This document shows positions 11,239 through 21,343 of a DNA stretch of 64,000 nt, piece by piece. The stretch is taken from assembly GCA_046347555.1 (NCBI GenBank), contig JAXMFY010000008.1, forward strand, positions 60,022 to 124,021, given 5' to 3'. The translations under genes and the position numbers were made by a program. The notes under the pieces are model-generated. The model was not told where the DNA came from, ran no database searches, and worked only from the letters and a program-made list of their open reading frames with translations. Position 1 is the first letter of the stretch. Each line of letters opens with the position of its first letter. The stretch comes from Candidatus Competibacteraceae bacterium (lineage in GTDB: Bacteria > Pseudomonadota > Gammaproteobacteria > Competibacterales > Competibacteraceae).

Positions 11239-12204
11239 ATGGCTGGCACCAGTCTGTTAGCTCTGATCGATGATATCGCCACCGTATTGGACGACGTGGC
11301 GCTGATGACCAAGGTGGCGGCGAGAAAGACCGCCGGCGTCCTGGGCGACGATCTGGCGCTGAACGCCGAGCAGGTCTCAGGGGTGCGCGCTGAGCGCGAA
11401 TTGCCGGTGGTGTGGGCGGTCGCCAAGGGCTCGATGAAAAACAAGCTGATCCTGGTCCCGGCGGCGTTGTCGATCAGCGCGGTCGCGCCGTGGGCGATCA
11501 CACCGTTGTTGATGGTGGGCGGCGCCTATCTGTGTTTCGAGGGCTTTGAAAAAGTTGCGCACAAATTCCTGTACGGCAAGACCGGCACGGATGCCGAGCA
11601 CGCCGCGACCGTCCAGGCGCTCAGCGACCCCGCCGTGGATCTGGTGGCGTTCGAGCGGGAAAAAATCCGGGGCGCGATCCGCACCGACTTCGTGCTCTCG
11701 GCGGAAATCGTCGTGATCGCCCTGGGCACCGTGCAAAATGCCCCCTTCTCGGTCCAGGTGGCCGTGATCGCCGGCATTGCTGTCCTCATGACGGTGGGTG
11801 TGTACGGCTTGGTGGCTGGTATCGTGAAGTTGGACGATGCGGGACTTCACCTCATCAAGGATGACGCGGCCCACGCCTGGGCCGGTTTCAAGCGCATCCT
11901 GGGCCGGGGCCTGTTGCGCGTCGCGCCGTATCTGATGAAAGCATTATCCGTCGTCGGCACGGCCGCCATGTTCATGGTCGGCGGTGGAATTCTGCTGCAT
12001 GGCCTGCCTTATTCCCATGCGGTGTTGCACCACGCGGAAGCCGCCGTTGGCGGCGTGCCCGGCATCGGCGGCGTGCTGGCGGCCCTCACTCCGATGTTGC
12101 TCAACCTGCTGGTCGGCATCATCGCAGGCGGGCTGACGCTGGTCGGCGTCAACAAAGCCACAGCTTGGCTTAGCAAGCGCGACCAACGGCCGGATTCGAC
12201 CTGA
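11239..12204 (+). CDS. DUF808 inner-membrane protein (YedI-like)
   Basis: N-terminus [21 protein letters not shown]...[14 protein letters not shown]...[13 protein letters not shown] is near-identical in pattern to E. coli YedI. Confidence 0.75.
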   Translation: MAGTSLLALIDDIATVLDDVALMTKVAARKTAGVLGDDLALNAEQVSGVRAERELPVVWAVAKGSMKNKLILVPAALSISAVAPWAITPLLMVGGAYLCFEGFEKVAHKFLYGKTGTDAEHAATVQALSDPAVDLVAFEREKIRGAIRTDFVLSAEIVVIALGTVQNAPFSVQVAVIAGIAVLMTVGVYGLVAGIVKLDDAGLHLIKDDAAHAWAGFKRILGRGLLRVAPYLMKALSVVGTAAMFMVGGGILLHGLPYSHAVLHHAEAAVGGVPGIGGVLAALTPMLLNLLVGIIAGGLTLVGVNKATAWLSKRDQRPDST

Positions 12205-12213
12205 TCGCTCCCC

Positions 12214-12765
12214 ATGCCGACCGTTGCCCTGAGTTGTCATCCCGCCACGCCTTGCCCAGCCATCCGGCGCTTCACGGTCGAGGCTCATCGGACTCCCGCT
12301 GGATCGCTCGCGTTGCGCTACGTGATCGAGGGCGACTTGGCCGGCGTGCGCCTGCCCGACCCGCGCCCGTCGCGCCAAGCGGACGAGCTTTGGCGGCATA
12401 CCTGCTTTGAGGCGTTCCTGGCGGGAGGCGCCCACGCGGGTTATTATGAATTCAACTTCGCGCCATCGACTGAATGGGCCGTTTATCGCTTCACGGCGTA
12501 TCGAACGGGAATGACGGCTGTTGAACCGATCCCGCCACCCACCGTCACCTTGCGCGTTGGCGCGGATCGGCTCGAATTGGAAGCCGTGGTGGAGTTGGCC
12601 GAACTGACGAAGAAACCGGGCGGCGCGAAGTCGCGGCTGGCCTTGGCCGCCGTCATCGAGGCACAGAATGGTCAACGCTCGTATTGGGCGTTGCGGCACC
12701 CACCGGGGCCGCCGGATTTCCATCACCCCGACGGTTTCGCGCTCCCGCTCGATCCTTTCACCTGA
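12214..12765 (+). CDS. Hypothetical protein (183 aa). Start uncertain.
   Basis: ORF only. Confidence 0.3.
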   Translation: MPTVALSCHPATPCPAIRRFTVEAHRTPAGSLALRYVIEGDLAGVRLPDPRPSRQADELWRHTCFEAFLAGGAHAGYYEFNFAPSTEWAVYRFTAYRTGMTAVEPIPPPTVTLRVGADRLELEAVVELAELTKKPGGAKSRLALAAVIEAQNGQRSYWALRHPPGPPDFHHPDGFALPLDPFT

Positions 12766-12800
12766 CCGTGGAATTGACCTAACCGCAGGATGACCCCCCG

Positions 12801-14030
12801 ATGCAACCGATCCTCAAATCCGCCAAGCTCGCCAACGTTTGCTACGACATTCGCGGCCCGGTGCTGGCGCGCGCCAAGCAGATGGAAGACGAAGGGCAAC
12901 GGATCACCAAGCTCAACATCGGCAATCCGGCGCCGTTCGGCTTTCTGGCGCCGGACGAGATCGTCCAGGACGTGATCCACAATTTGCCAGACGCCTCCGG
13001 CTACTGCGATTCGAAAGGGCTGTTCGCCGCGCGCAAGGCGATCATGCACTACACCCAGCAAAAACAGATTCGCGGGGTGCAGGTCGAGGACATCTACGTC
13101 GGTAACGGCGTGTCCGAGTTGATCACGATGGCCTTGCAAGCCCTGCTCAACAACGGTGACGAGGTGTTGATTCCGGCGCCGGACTATCCGCTGTGGACGG
13201 CGGTGGTCAGCCTGTCGGGCGGCACCCCGCGCCACTATCTGTGCGACGAGCGGGCCGGCTGGTTGCCGGACCTGGATGATATCCGGGGCAAGATCACCCC
13301 GAACACCCGCGCCATCGTCGTCATCAACCCCAACAATCCGACCGGCGCGCTGTACCCGGCGGAGCTGCTGCGGGAAATTCTGGAGATCGCCCGCCAGCAC
13401 CAGCTCATCGTCTACGCCGACGAAATCTACGACAAGGTGCTCTACGACGGCGCCCAGCACACCTCCATCGCATCCCTGGCCGACGACGTGCTGTGCCTGA
13501 CCTTCAACGGCCTGTCGAAAAATTACCGGGCTTGCGGTTATCGCGCCGGCTGGGTGGTGGTGTCGGGCGAACGAAGTCATGCCCAGGATTACATCGAGGG
13601 CCTGACCATCCTGACCTCGATGCGGTTGTGCGCCAACGTCCCCGCCCAGTATGCGATTCAGACCGCGCTCGGCGGTTATCAGAGCATCGGCGATCTGGTG
13701 CTGCCCACCGGCCGGCTGGGCAAGCAGCGCGACCTGGCGTTCCAGTTGCTCACGGCCATTCCCGGCGTCAGTTGCATCAAGCCCCAGGCGGCGCTGTATC
13801 TGTTTCCGCGCCTCGACCCCAAGTTCTATCCCATTGCCGACGATCAGCAGTTCGTGCTTGAACTGCTGTTGGAGGAAAAGGTGCTGCTGGTGCAGGGCAC
13901 CGGCTTCAACTGGCCCCAGCCCGACCACCTGCGGATCGTGTTCCTGCCGCACGAGGACGACCTGGCGGACGCGATTGGGCGCCTCGGCCGCTTTCTGGAG
14001 CGTTATCACCGGCGCCATCACGGCGCGTGA
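12801..14030 (+). CDS. alaC: Class I/II PLP-dependent aminotransferase, AlaA/AlaC (YfbQ/YfdZ)-like alanine transaminase
   Basis: 409 aa with motifs KLNIGNPAPFGF, NPNNPTGALY and SKNYRACGYRAGW. Confidence 0.8.
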   Translation: MQPILKSAKLANVCYDIRGPVLARAKQMEDEGQRITKLNIGNPAPFGFLAPDEIVQDVIHNLPDASGYCDSKGLFAARKAIMHYTQQKQIRGVQVEDIYVGNGVSELITMALQALLNNGDEVLIPAPDYPLWTAVVSLSGGTPRHYLCDERAGWLPDLDDIRGKITPNTRAIVVINPNNPTGALYPAELLREILEIARQHQLIVYADEIYDKVLYDGAQHTSIASLADDVLCLTFNGLSKNYRACGYRAGWVVVSGERSHAQDYIEGLTILTSMRLCANVPAQYAIQTALGGYQSIGDLVLPTGRLGKQRDLAFQLLTAIPGVSCIKPQAALYLFPRLDPKFYPIADDQQFVLELLLEEKVLLVQGTGFNWPQPDHLRIVFLPHEDDLADAIGRLGRFLERYHRRHHGA

Positions 14031-14258
14031 CGGCCCCCGCCGGGCGCGTGCCCGCCCAGCCAAATCACCACGCGCCCGGCTTTCCGATTGATACCCACCC
14101 CTTCGTTGTCACCGCGCGGCGGGAACTCGCGTCCCGCCGCGCAATGTCGCGGGAACCGCGAAATAACATGGTTCCCCTTCGGCCCTCCCGTTTTACCTAA
14201 TTCGCCTCGATTACAATAAGTAATTGATTGGTATTTATTTATTTTTTGCACCGTGACT

Positions 14259-14273
14259 TGGCACGGGGTTTGA
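14259..14273 (+). promoter_or_regulatory. Weak sigma54-like -24/-12 element (TGGCACG-N4-TTGA) embedded in a CCGTG...CACGG palindrome. A possible IHF site (AATCAATTACTTA, minus strand) lies ~25 bp upstream.
   Basis: Sequence match except at -12, where GC is replaced by GA. Located ~200 nt upstream of bufA. Confidence 0.2.
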
Positions 14274-14471
14274 AATAGTTCACGCGGGTCACCGCCGCAG
14301 GTCGAAGCCCCCCGACAAACTCAACCTAGCGGGCTCGGATCGGTTCGGCGGTATATCCAGACGCGCCAGGGCAATTGGCCAAACCAGGTCGCCCGGCAAT
14401 CGCGGGGAGGTTACCTCCCGTAAATCGTTCAATGTCGTGAATTGTTGTCAACCCTGATAGGAGCCCTGCTC

Positions 14472-14738
14472 ATGAACAGCAAAACCCTCGTCAATTCCGC
14501 CCTCGCCAGCGTTTTCGCCCTGGGTCTGGTCGCCACCGCCGGTCAAGCCGTCGCCGCCGAGGAAAAGAACGCCGAAAAGTGCTACGGCATCGTCAAGGCC
14601 GGCAAGAACGACTGTCAAACCAGCGCGCACGCCTGCGCCGGCCAGGCCAAGAAGGATGGTCAGGGCGATTCCTGGGTCTATGTCCCCAAGGGCACCTGCG
14701 AAAAGATCGTCGGCGGCAGCTTGCAGCCGAAGGCCTGA
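14472..14738 (+). CDS. bufA: DUF2282 (BUF1-type bufferin) precursor peptide. Sec signal peptide plus four conserved Cys.
   Basis: GGAG RBS 7 nt before the ATG at 14472. Signal peptide ...ATAGQAVA|AEE. Mature region Cys in EKCYG, NDCQT, HACAG and GTCEK. Followed by DUF692, DUF2063 and DoxX. Confidence 0.7.
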   Translation: MNSKTLVNSALASVFALGLVATAGQAVAAEEKNAEKCYGIVKAGKNDCQTSAHACAGQAKKDGQGDSWVYVPKGTCEKIVGGSLQPKA

Positions 14739-14748
14739 GGCAATTCCG

Positions 14749-15624
14749 ATGACCACCAAGCCGGCCCTGTCCAGGCTTGGTCCCAGCTCGATTCCGGCTC
14801 GCGCCGGAATCGGCCTGCGGGCCGAACACTACGCCGCGGTTCTGGAAACTCCCCCGCCGGTCGGCTGGCTGGAGGTCCACAGCGAGAACTATTTTGGCGC
14901 CGGGGGCAAGCCCCTGGACTACCTGGAACGCATTCGCGCCCATTATCCCCTGAGCCTGCACGGCGTCGGGTTGTCCATCGGTTCGACCGATCCGCTCGAC
15001 CAGCGGCACCTCGCCAGTCTCAAGCATCTGATCCGGCGATTCGAGCCGGCGCTGGTTTCCGAACATTTGTCCTGGAGCTCGGTCGGTGGGCGTTATTTCA
15101 ACGACCTGCTGCCACTGCCCTACACCGAAGAAGCGCTTGACCACATGGTCGCGCGGGTGGCCCAGGTGCAGGACGTTCTCGGTCGGCAAATCCTGATCGA
15201 GAACCCGTCCAGCTATCTGCAATACGTCGATTCGGCCATTCCCGAAGGGGAGTTTCTGGTCGAATTGGCCGACCGTGCCGGCTGCGGCGTGTTGCTGGAC
15301 GTGAACAACATTTACGTCAGCGCCCGCAATCACGGCTTCGACGCCAGCGCCTATCTGCGGGCGATTCCGCGCCACGTCGTCCAGGAAATTCATCTGGCCG
15401 GATTTACGGTGAACCGGTTCGACGACGGTGAACTGTTGATCGACACCCACAACCGGCCGGTCTGGCCGGCGGTCTGGGCGCTTTACCGCGAAGCCGCGCA
15501 CCGCTTCGGCCCCATTCCGACGCTGATCGAGTGGGACACCGACCTGCCCGAACTGGCGGCGTTGGTGGACGAAGCGCATCGGGCCGACGCGATCCTGGAG
15601 GAACGTCATGCTCGGGCTGCGTGA
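14749..15624 (+). CDS. bufB: DUF692 / MNIO (multinuclear non-haem iron oxidative enzyme, MbnB-like)
   Basis: TIM-barrel xylose-isomerase-like DUF692 motifs (GIGLRAEHY...LEVHSENYF...SEHLSW...ENPSSY...EWD). Confidence 0.8.
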   Translation: MTTKPALSRLGPSSIPARAGIGLRAEHYAAVLETPPPVGWLEVHSENYFGAGGKPLDYLERIRAHYPLSLHGVGLSIGSTDPLDQRHLASLKHLIRRFEPALVSEHLSWSSVGGRYFNDLLPLPYTEEALDHMVARVAQVQDVLGRQILIENPSSYLQYVDSAIPEGEFLVELADRAGCGVLLDVNNIYVSARNHGFDASAYLRAIPRHVVQEIHLAGFTVNRFDDGELLIDTHNRPVWPAVWALYREAAHRFGPIPTLIEWDTDLPELAALVDEAHRADAILEERHARAA

Positions 15625-16390
15625 ACTGCAACTGGGTTTTGCCGCCGCGGTGCTGGACGGCGCCGAGGGCGATTTCGACCGCCACGTCCGGGCGGCCGGA
15701 CTGAGCGGCGCCCGTCGCCTGCAAGTCTACCGCAACAACGCCCTGCTGAGCCTGACCGGCGCGCTCGAAGCGGTTTATCCGGTGGCGCGTCGCGTGGTCG
15801 GGGATGGGTTCTTTCAATATGCGGCGGCGCAATACATCGCGCGCCATCCGTCCCGTTCGGGTGATTTGCACGCATTCGGCGAGCATTTCCCAGCGTTTCT
15901 TGAGTCGTTCGCGCCGGCCGCCGATCTGGTTTACCTGCCCGATGTCGCCCGGCTGGAATGGGCGTATCACCGGGCTTTTCACGCCGCCGATCATCGGCCG
16001 CTCGATGTGGCGGCCTTGGCGCGCGTGCCCGCCGAGCGACAAGGCGATCTGCGGTTCGAACTTCATCCCGCCACCCGCCTGCTGGAATCGGCCTTTCCGA
16101 TCCTGCGGATCTGGCGGGTCAACCAGGACGATCACGACGGTGATTCGACGGTGGATTTGAGCGAAGGCGGCGTCAAGCTGCTGATCGTCCGCCGCCAGAA
16201 TCTGGAGATCGAGTTTGAACCCCTGGAGGACGGGGAATTCGCTCTGCTGCGCGCCCTGGCCGGAGATTGCGACTTCGTCACGGCCTGCGAACGGGCGATG
16301 ACCGAGCAACCGACGCTCGATTTGCCAGCCTGCGTTCAACGGCATGTTTCCCAAGGCGTCCTGGTCGCCTTTCACCTGCCAGGTTCTTGA
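15608..16390 (+). CDS. bufC: DUF2063 MNIO partner protein (MbnC-like)
   Basis: 260 aa. Overlaps the bufB stop by 17 nt. Typical N-terminal region LQLGFAAAVLDG...RLQVYRNN. Confidence 0.7.
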   Translation: MLGLRELQLGFAAAVLDGAEGDFDRHVRAAGLSGARRLQVYRNNALLSLTGALEAVYPVARRVVGDGFFQYAAAQYIARHPSRSGDLHAFGEHFPAFLESFAPAADLVYLPDVARLEWAYHRAFHAADHRPLDVAALARVPAERQGDLRFELHPATRLLESAFPILRIWRVNQDDHDGDSTVDLSEGGVKLLIVRRQNLEIEFEPLEDGEFALLRALAGDCDFVTACERAMTEQPTLDLPACVQRHVSQGVLVAFHLPGS

Positions 16391-16426
16391 TCAACCGACT
16401 GATTTCAACCACCCGAGGAGAACCTC

Positions 16427-16981
16427 ATGATGACCGCCACCGACATGCTCGATAACCCACCCCAGCGTTCGTTCTGGGCGAAACTCGCTCCCGCGCTCAA
16501 AAAAGCCGACGCCTTGTTCCACAAAGCGGCCGATTGGCTGACGCCCGTCGCCGATTTGCTGGCCCGCTACTGGGTCGCCGCCGCGTTTTTCGGTTCGGGG
16601 CTAACCAAGACCGTCACCGGCAGCTTCACGCTGTTCGGGCAGACCTTCACCTACCCGCTGAGCGTGTTTCCGGCGGAGAGCACCTTCACGCTGTTTGAAT
16701 ACGAGTACCACGTGCCGCTGCTCCCGCCGATGCTGGCGGCCTATCTGGGGACGGCGGCGGAGTTGCTGTTGCCCGTCTTTCTGTTGCTGGGGCTCGGAAC
16801 CCGCTACGCCGCGTTCGCACTGTTCGTGTTCAACATCATGGCCGTCGTTTCCTATCCGGACCTGATGGAGGCGGGGTTGAAGGATCATCAGGTTTGGGGA
16901 TTGCTGCTGTTGATCACGCTCTGCCATGGTCCCGGCAAACTGTCCATGGATCATCTGATCGGCCGCCTGGTTCGCCGCTGA
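16427..16981 (+). CDS. bufD: DoxX-family membrane protein
   Basis: Four TM helices with DoxX pattern. Last gene of the buf-type operon. Confidence 0.7.
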   Translation: MMTATDMLDNPPQRSFWAKLAPALKKADALFHKAADWLTPVADLLARYWVAAAFFGSGLTKTVTGSFTLFGQTFTYPLSVFPAESTFTLFEYEYHVPLLPPMLAAYLGTAAELLLPVFLLLGLGTRYAAFALFVFNIMAVVSYPDLMEAGLKDHQVWGLLLLITLCHGPGKLSMDHLIGRLVRR

Positions 16982-17020
16982 TCCGCCGTCTTCTCCACCA
17001 GCCGACGAGATCGATATCTC

Positions 17021-17605
17021 ATGAATAATCCCGCTCAACTTGTCGGCGAGGACGCAGTGACCTCCGTGGTCGCTCCATCGGATTTTCCAGCGGCCGAGGA
17101 GGTTGAATTGCTGTGGCGAATCGGCCTGTTTACCTCGGACGACGAACGGGTCTTGCGGAAGCTTTGGCGGATTTTAAAGGGACAGACCGACGATTATCTG
17201 GACATGGTGCTTGGCATGGTGGCCGCCTATCCGACGCTGGCGGCGGCCTGCCAGGAAAGCCTGGGGAGTTCGGTGGACGGTTCGGCGGTCGTTCGCCCTC
17301 TGTTTCGAGAGTGGCTGTTCGAAACCTGTCTGACCCCGCGTGAGCCATCCTGGCTCAAGCGGCTGTATTCGCTGTGTTCCGATCCTTCATCGGAACGGCC
17401 GATGCAAACCCTGTTGGCGAAACTGCCGGGGTTTCGCTATCTCATCGCCCTGTCTTTTCCGCTGGTCGCTACCCTGCGTTCTCTGTTGGTTGGCGTGGGT
17501 CTCGCGCATCAGGACATCGAACGGATGCAGTCGGCGCTCCTGAAGGCAATCCTCCTGCAAGTGGCCCTGTTGAGTAAGTTTTATGTCAAGGAGGGAATTT
17601 GGTGA
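17021..17605 (+). CDS. Protoglobin / globin-sensor-like domain protein (tentative)
   Basis: 194 aa, all-helical. Weak resemblance to sensor-globin/protoglobin folds. No confident motif. Confidence 0.3.
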   Translation: MNNPAQLVGEDAVTSVVAPSDFPAAEEVELLWRIGLFTSDDERVLRKLWRILKGQTDDYLDMVLGMVAAYPTLAAACQESLGSSVDGSAVVRPLFREWLFETCLTPREPSWLKRLYSLCSDPSSERPMQTLLAKLPGFRYLIALSFPLVATLRSLLVGVGLAHQDIERMQSALLKAILLQVALLSKFYVKEGIW

Positions 17606-17833
17606 CGATGGCTCCATGAAAAATCCGACTGACTATCCAATGAATGGGTTCCAGTTTTCTGTGAATGGCGATTTTTGTTGATGGATAGTGTTTCCGACGT
17701 GGATAACCAAATTCCGAGGCCCCCGATGATCGAGAGCTTGACGGAGACGATATCCACGTCCGAAGCGCTACCGCCAAGCGGGCGGCGGCATGATCACCCA
17801 TGATTCGAATCCTTTTAAAGTGAGGCACTTGCA

Positions 17834-18073
17834 ATGAAAACCTTGACCAAACTGACCGTAACCTTGCTAACCAGCCTAGCCCTGAGCGCGGCGTTCGCCC
17901 AAGGCTTCAACATGAAGACGGCGGAAATGATGGACGAAAACCATGATGGCATGATTACCAAGGAGGAGTACATGAAACACAGCAAAGACATGGCGGCTTT
18001 TGACAAGATGGATACCAACAAGGATGGGGTACTAGATGCGAATGAAATCAGGATTGGTTTTAACCAGAAATAA
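17834..18073 (+). CDS. Secreted EF-hand calcium-binding protein (79 aa)
   Basis: Signal peptide, then two canonical EF-hand loops: DENHDGMITKEE and DTNKDGVLDANE. Confidence 0.65.
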   Translation: MKTLTKLTVTLLTSLALSAAFAQGFNMKTAEMMDENHDGMITKEEYMKHSKDMAAFDKMDTNKDGVLDANEIRIGFNQK

Positions 18074-18136
18074 CTCCAGCCATCGCTCAACGCCATTGGA
18101 GTTGTTTCCAAAAAATCGGCAATAGCAGGCTAGAAT

Positions 18137-18172
18137 GGAGTGGAATAGCACCACTCCATTTCTTTGTTTTTG
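18137..18172 (+). terminator. Rho-independent terminator after the EF-hand gene
   Basis: GGAGTGG-aatagca-CCACTCC followed by ATTTCTTTGTTTTTG. Confidence 0.45.
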
Positions 18173-18416
18173 TCATTAACCTTCCATCCGTTGCCTTTTG
18201 GCATTCAATGTCGCATCTGTCAATCTTCCGAAGCATCCATCGTGACTGGTGCTATGGAATTAAGTTCCACCCGCCAGGATCAGTCGCGACAAACCCCGCT
18301 TGGGCTTGAATAAAGACATCGTGGGTAAATCGTGGAACCCGTCGTAATTGGATCGAAAATAGCCGCGAAACCTGCTATACCTGATTTCAGCAGCTCTTCT
18401 CAAAAGGACCCTGGGC

Positions 18417-20384
18417 ATGAATGAAACCGTTTCACAGCCCGCTGATAGACGATCCGCCTCACGAAGCGACCCCGCGTTCCTGCCTCCAGACGAGCGGGAC
18501 GTCATGCATGTGGCCTTGCGTTCCATCGTCGAAGGCACGGCCACCGCCACGGGCACCGAGTTCTTCCATGCGCTGGTGCGAGAACTGGCGCAGGCACTAA
18601 ACGTGCGCCATGCCTTCGTGAGCGAACTCCTTGAAAGCAGGACGCGCGTGCGCACATTGGCGTTCTGGTTCGGTGGCAAACCCACCGACAACATCGAATT
18701 TGACCTGGACGGTACGCCTTGCGAAGTCGTCATTCGCGGCGAGACGGTGTATTACACGCACAAGGTTTACGACGAATTTCCCCAAAACCTCTATCTCAAA
18801 CAGGCGGGCATCGAGAGCTATTTCGGCGTGCCGCTGGTGTCCGAGTCGGGCAACGAAATGATGGGTCACCTGGCCGTGGAGCACGACCAGCCGATGGCCA
18901 AGGAATTTCGAGGAATGTCGCTCCTGCGCATTTTCGCCACCCGCGCCCGGGTCGAACTGGAGCGCAAGCGCGCCGAGCAGGCGCTGCGTAAAAGCGAGGA
19001 GCGATTGGCCAGCATACTGGCCAGCGCCATGGATGCGATCATCGCTCTCGACGCCGAGCAGCGCATCACCTTATTCAATTCCGCTGCCGAAAAGGTATTC
19101 CGCTGCCAGGCGGCCCACGCCATCGGCCAGTCGTTCGAGCCGTTGCTTTCCAAGCGCTTCGGCAATCTGCTCAAGGGTTATTGCTTGGCGGTCCAGCCCG
19201 CCACGGTCAATTCGCGGCAGCTTTGGGCGCCCGAGGGGCTGACCGCCCGTCGCCGTGACGGCGAGGAGTTTCCGGTGGAAGCCACGATCTCTCCCCTGGA
19301 GATCGACGGTCGACGATTCTTCACCGTGATTCTGCGGGACGTGACCGAGCGCTGGCGGTCCGAGGAAACCCTCAAGCAGTTGCAACTGGAAAACGTCTAT
19401 CTTCAGGAAGAGATCAAGACCCGGCAAAGCCCCGGCCACATCGTCGGCGATTCACCGGCCATGCAAGATGTATTCGCTCACGCCGAACAGGTGGCGGGCA
19501 CCGATTCCACCGTACTGTTGACCGGGGAGACCGGCACCGGCAAGAGCGTCATCGCGCGGGCGATTCACGACTTGAGCGACCGGCGGGACAAGCTGTTCGT
19601 GCCCGTCAATTGCGCCGCCCTGCCGGGTGATTTGGTGGAAAGCGAGTTGTTTGGCCACGAGAAGGGCGCGTTCACCGGCGCGATTGCCCAACGCAAGGGT
19701 CGTTTCGAACTGGCTGACGGCGGCACCTTGTTCCTGGACGAAGTCGGCGAGATGAGCGCCGGCGCCCAGGCCAAGCTGTTGCGGGTGTTGCAGGATCAGG
19801 AATTCGAGCGAGTGGGTGGCACTCAGACCTTGAAGGTCAATGTCCGGCTCGTCGCCGCCACCAACCGCGATTTGGCCCGAATGGTTAAGGAAGGCGGCTT
19901 TCGTGCCGATCTGTATTATCGGCTGAACGTATTTCCCATTCGTCTGCCGTCCCTGTGCGAGCGTTCGACCGACATTCCGTTGCTGGCCCGGTTTTTCCTG
20001 GACAAGTTCACGCGGAAGATGGGCAAGTCGATTCACGATCTCTCGCCCAGGGCAAGCGAGCGGCTCCTGCGTTACTCGTGGCCCGGCAATATCCGGGAAT
20101 TGCAAAACGTGATCGAGCGCGCAGCCATTCTGACCCGTGGTTCCCTGCTGGAAATCGACAACGCGCTCGAACTTCGTTTGGAAGATCAGGAAACCAAGAG
20201 CGCTCCCGAACAATGGGTATCCTTCGAGGAGATGGAACGGGCTTATCTCCTCAAGGTATTGGAGCGCACGCGCTGGGTGATCGAGGGCGAGCAAGGCGCG
20301 GCGGCGATCCTGGATATGAATCCCAGCACCCTGCGTTCGCGGATGCAAAAACTGAACATCCGCAAACCAAAAACTCTCCCCTGA
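18417..20384 (+). CDS. Sigma54-dependent transcriptional activator (GAF + PAS + AAA+ sigma54-interaction + Fis-type HTH)
   Basis: GAFTGA motif, Walker [24 protein letters not shown], and a C-terminal HTH. N-terminal GAF and PAS regions. Confidence 0.85.
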   Translation: MNETVSQPADRRSASRSDPAFLPPDERDVMHVALRSIVEGTATATGTEFFHALVRELAQALNVRHAFVSELLESRTRVRTLAFWFGGKPTDNIEFDLDGTPCEVVIRGETVYYTHKVYDEFPQNLYLKQAGIESYFGVPLVSESGNEMMGHLAVEHDQPMAKEFRGMSLLRIFATRARVELERKRAEQALRKSEERLASILASAMDAIIALDAEQRITLFNSAAEKVFRCQAAHAIGQSFEPLLSKRFGNLLKGYCLAVQPATVNSRQLWAPEGLTARRRDGEEFPVEATISPLEIDGRRFFTVILRDVTERWRSEETLKQLQLENVYLQEEIKTRQSPGHIVGDSPAMQDVFAHAEQVAGTDSTVLLTGETGTGKSVIARAIHDLSDRRDKLFVPVNCAALPGDLVESELFGHEKGAFTGAIAQRKGRFELADGGTLFLDEVGEMSAGAQAKLLRVLQDQEFERVGGTQTLKVNVRLVAATNRDLARMVKEGGFRADLYYRLNVFPIRLPSLCERSTDIPLLARFFLDKFTRKMGKSIHDLSPRASERLLRYSWPGNIRELQNVIERAAILTRGSLLEIDNALELRLEDQETKSAPEQWVSFEEMERAYLLKVLERTRWVIEGEQGAAAILDMNPSTLRSRMQKLNIRKPKTLP

Positions 20385-20656
20385 GTTAAATCCTATCCCG
20401 CTCCCTCGGCTATCGGTCTTTGACCGGTCGCTTTTACCGCTTCTTCCCATTCCCACGCTCCAGCGTGGGAATGCCGTCAGCAAGGCCGTCACCAAGCCAT
20501 CGGCGGCAATCCTCTTTGAATCATGACGATAACCCGCCGCGTCATTCAGCGGCCTTGCGATATATCGTGGGATCGATTGCTCTTTCAATTGGCCACGATT
20601 GAGGGGAAATAATTTAAATTATTGATATTCAACATAATATTTCGATTTTTCCGTAG

Positions 20657-20672
20657 TGGCACGGACATTGCT
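20657..20672 (+). promoter_or_regulatory. Sigma54 promoter, -24/-12 element TGGCACGGACATTGCT
   Basis: Exact GG-N10-GC with consensus context TGGCACG-N4-TTGC. Sits in an AT-rich leader 56 nt upstream of the 20728 start, directly downstream of the sigma54 activator gene. Confidence 0.6.
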
Positions 20673-20727
20673 GGATAAGGATCGACAAACGATGTCATCC
20701 CTAAACCAGCCAATGAGGAGTTACCCC

Positions 20728-21123
20728 ATGAACAAGACCATCGCGACCACCCTGTTGATTCTGGCTTCCGGCCTGACCCTGAGCACGACCGCGCTGGCGG
20801 AGCCTTTCAATCGCAGCGGTTCCCATGTGAACGCCATCAGCAATGCTCATTCCAGCACTAATACTCCGAGCGTACAGAGTGTTCGGCAAACCGACATGCT
20901 GGCGACGGTCGGCGGTTTCAACGATCGGACTGAATACGAGGTGACCACGGTCAATTCCAGTCCCGTTGTCGAATCTTCTCTTTCCAGAATGCTATCGATC
21001 ATTACGCGCGGATTTAATGATCGCGGTAAATGCCGACAGGCCGAGATCGCCCGCCGAGTTTTCCAGCACGGACGACTTGGCGGCGACTCGATCATTCATC
21101 GCGTTTCATTGGGTATGAGGTGA
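20728..21123 (+). CDS. Small secreted protein of unknown function (131 aa). Signal peptide and a repeated GFNDR motif.
   Basis: ORF with N-terminal signal peptide MNKTIATTLLILASGLTLSTTALA, immediately downstream of the sigma54 promoter. Confidence 0.45.
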   Translation: MNKTIATTLLILASGLTLSTTALAEPFNRSGSHVNAISNAHSSTNTPSVQSVRQTDMLATVGGFNDRTEYEVTTVNSSPVVESSLSRMLSIITRGFNDRGKCRQAEIARRVFQHGRLGGDSIIHRVSLGMR

Positions 21124-21343
21124 TGTCATGCGCCAGCCATCTGTTTCCGCTCCCACCGATGCCACTCAGATTTATTCAAGGAAATGGAGAATAGGGGGCG
21201 TGGTGAGTTTGGATTTATCACCCGCCTTGCTCAGCCTGGCCGCTCGAAATAAAACCAAGTTGTTTCCGTTGCGTCCCCCGGCGGTCAAGACCGCCTTGTC
21301 CCCTTGAATCATTCCTTAAATCCTTGCCTTAGGGAGAATCCCC

